From Lytechinus pictus (taxonomy: Eukaryota): a DNA stretch of 64,000 nucleotides. A model generated the notes under the pieces. It saw only the letters and a list, made by a program, of their open reading frames with translations, was not told the DNA's origin and searched no databases. The stretch lies in NCBI RefSeq assembly GCF_037042905.1, contig NC_087249.1:8124001-8188000 (forward strand), read 5' to 3'. A program made the translations under genes and the position numbers. Below, in pieces: positions 63,398 to 64,000 of this stretch. Within the stretch, counting starts at the first letter, position 1; each line of letters begins with the position of its first letter.

Positions 63398-63954
63398 GCA
63401 TTGAAACAAACAGAACAAACCATACAAATAAGGTCGAAATAACAAAGTGAATGTGTAACAAAGGGTACAGAACAGAAGGGTTACACTAAGATAACAAAAA
63501 TAACAGAAATTAACAACAGAGGGGGTTGAGTACAGAACAGAAGGATTATAGTAAGATAACAAAAAATAACAACAGAGGGGGTAATGACTTGAACGAGATG
63601 GTGGAATACAATAGAAACGATTGGGAAACTTAAGTGTGTGAAAGGACAAGGTATTTACCGGCATTGAAATTAACTTGGGATTCTGTTCATCAGGAGGAGT
63701 AGTGAGTCTTGTGCAGGTAATACTGTGAAAAAATGAGGATAATGTTTCAAGTAAAATGATAACTCCTTTCAATATTGTATCTTGTATTTGGGTACATAAC
63801 TATATTGATCCGTTTACATAGTATTCAAGTAACTGGTGATACAAGTTGTAGTTTGAGACATAAAAGGGTACATTGTCATGATGCTGAATTATTTACAAGT
63901 GTACATAGAACATGACGCGCTGTAATACACGTTATGCAAAGGGCCCTCTTCTTT

Positions 63955-63998
<44 letters not shown>

Positions 63999-64000
63999 GA

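Overview
Eukaryotic, AT-rich, transposon-dense genomic DNA from an invertebrate animal; the SINE and MITE repertoire suggests a sea urchin or other echinoderm (inference). I assembled three host genes by hand from splice sites. (1) The last two coding exons of ELP1/IKBKAP (+, 3821-5607). (2) A complete six-exon TERB2 meiotic telomere-bouquet gene (-, 25236->17933, 218 aa). No single ORF in the track shows it, and it needs a GC-AG intron. (3) A complete five-exon membrane-bound UDP-glucuronosyltransferase (+, 47682-56573, 523 aa). The rest is layered mobile DNA: a deleted BEL/Pao LTR retrotransposon with three nested MITEs; PIF/Harbinger, Kolobok-like, hAT-like, CMC/EnSpm-like, Tc1/mariner and foldback elements; tRNA-derived SINEs; a 5'-truncated CR1/L2-group LINE; and a Penelope-type hammerhead-like motif. 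The most unusual structure is in the ELP1 intron (1-3582). It is a tandem array of a 57-bp unit that is the empty insertion site of a Helentron/DINE-like element, with three units filled at the same TT position. The array also carries about 20 AP-1 and 9 perfect DR1 motifs. Gene identities come from remembered similarity to vertebrate proteins, not from a database search.
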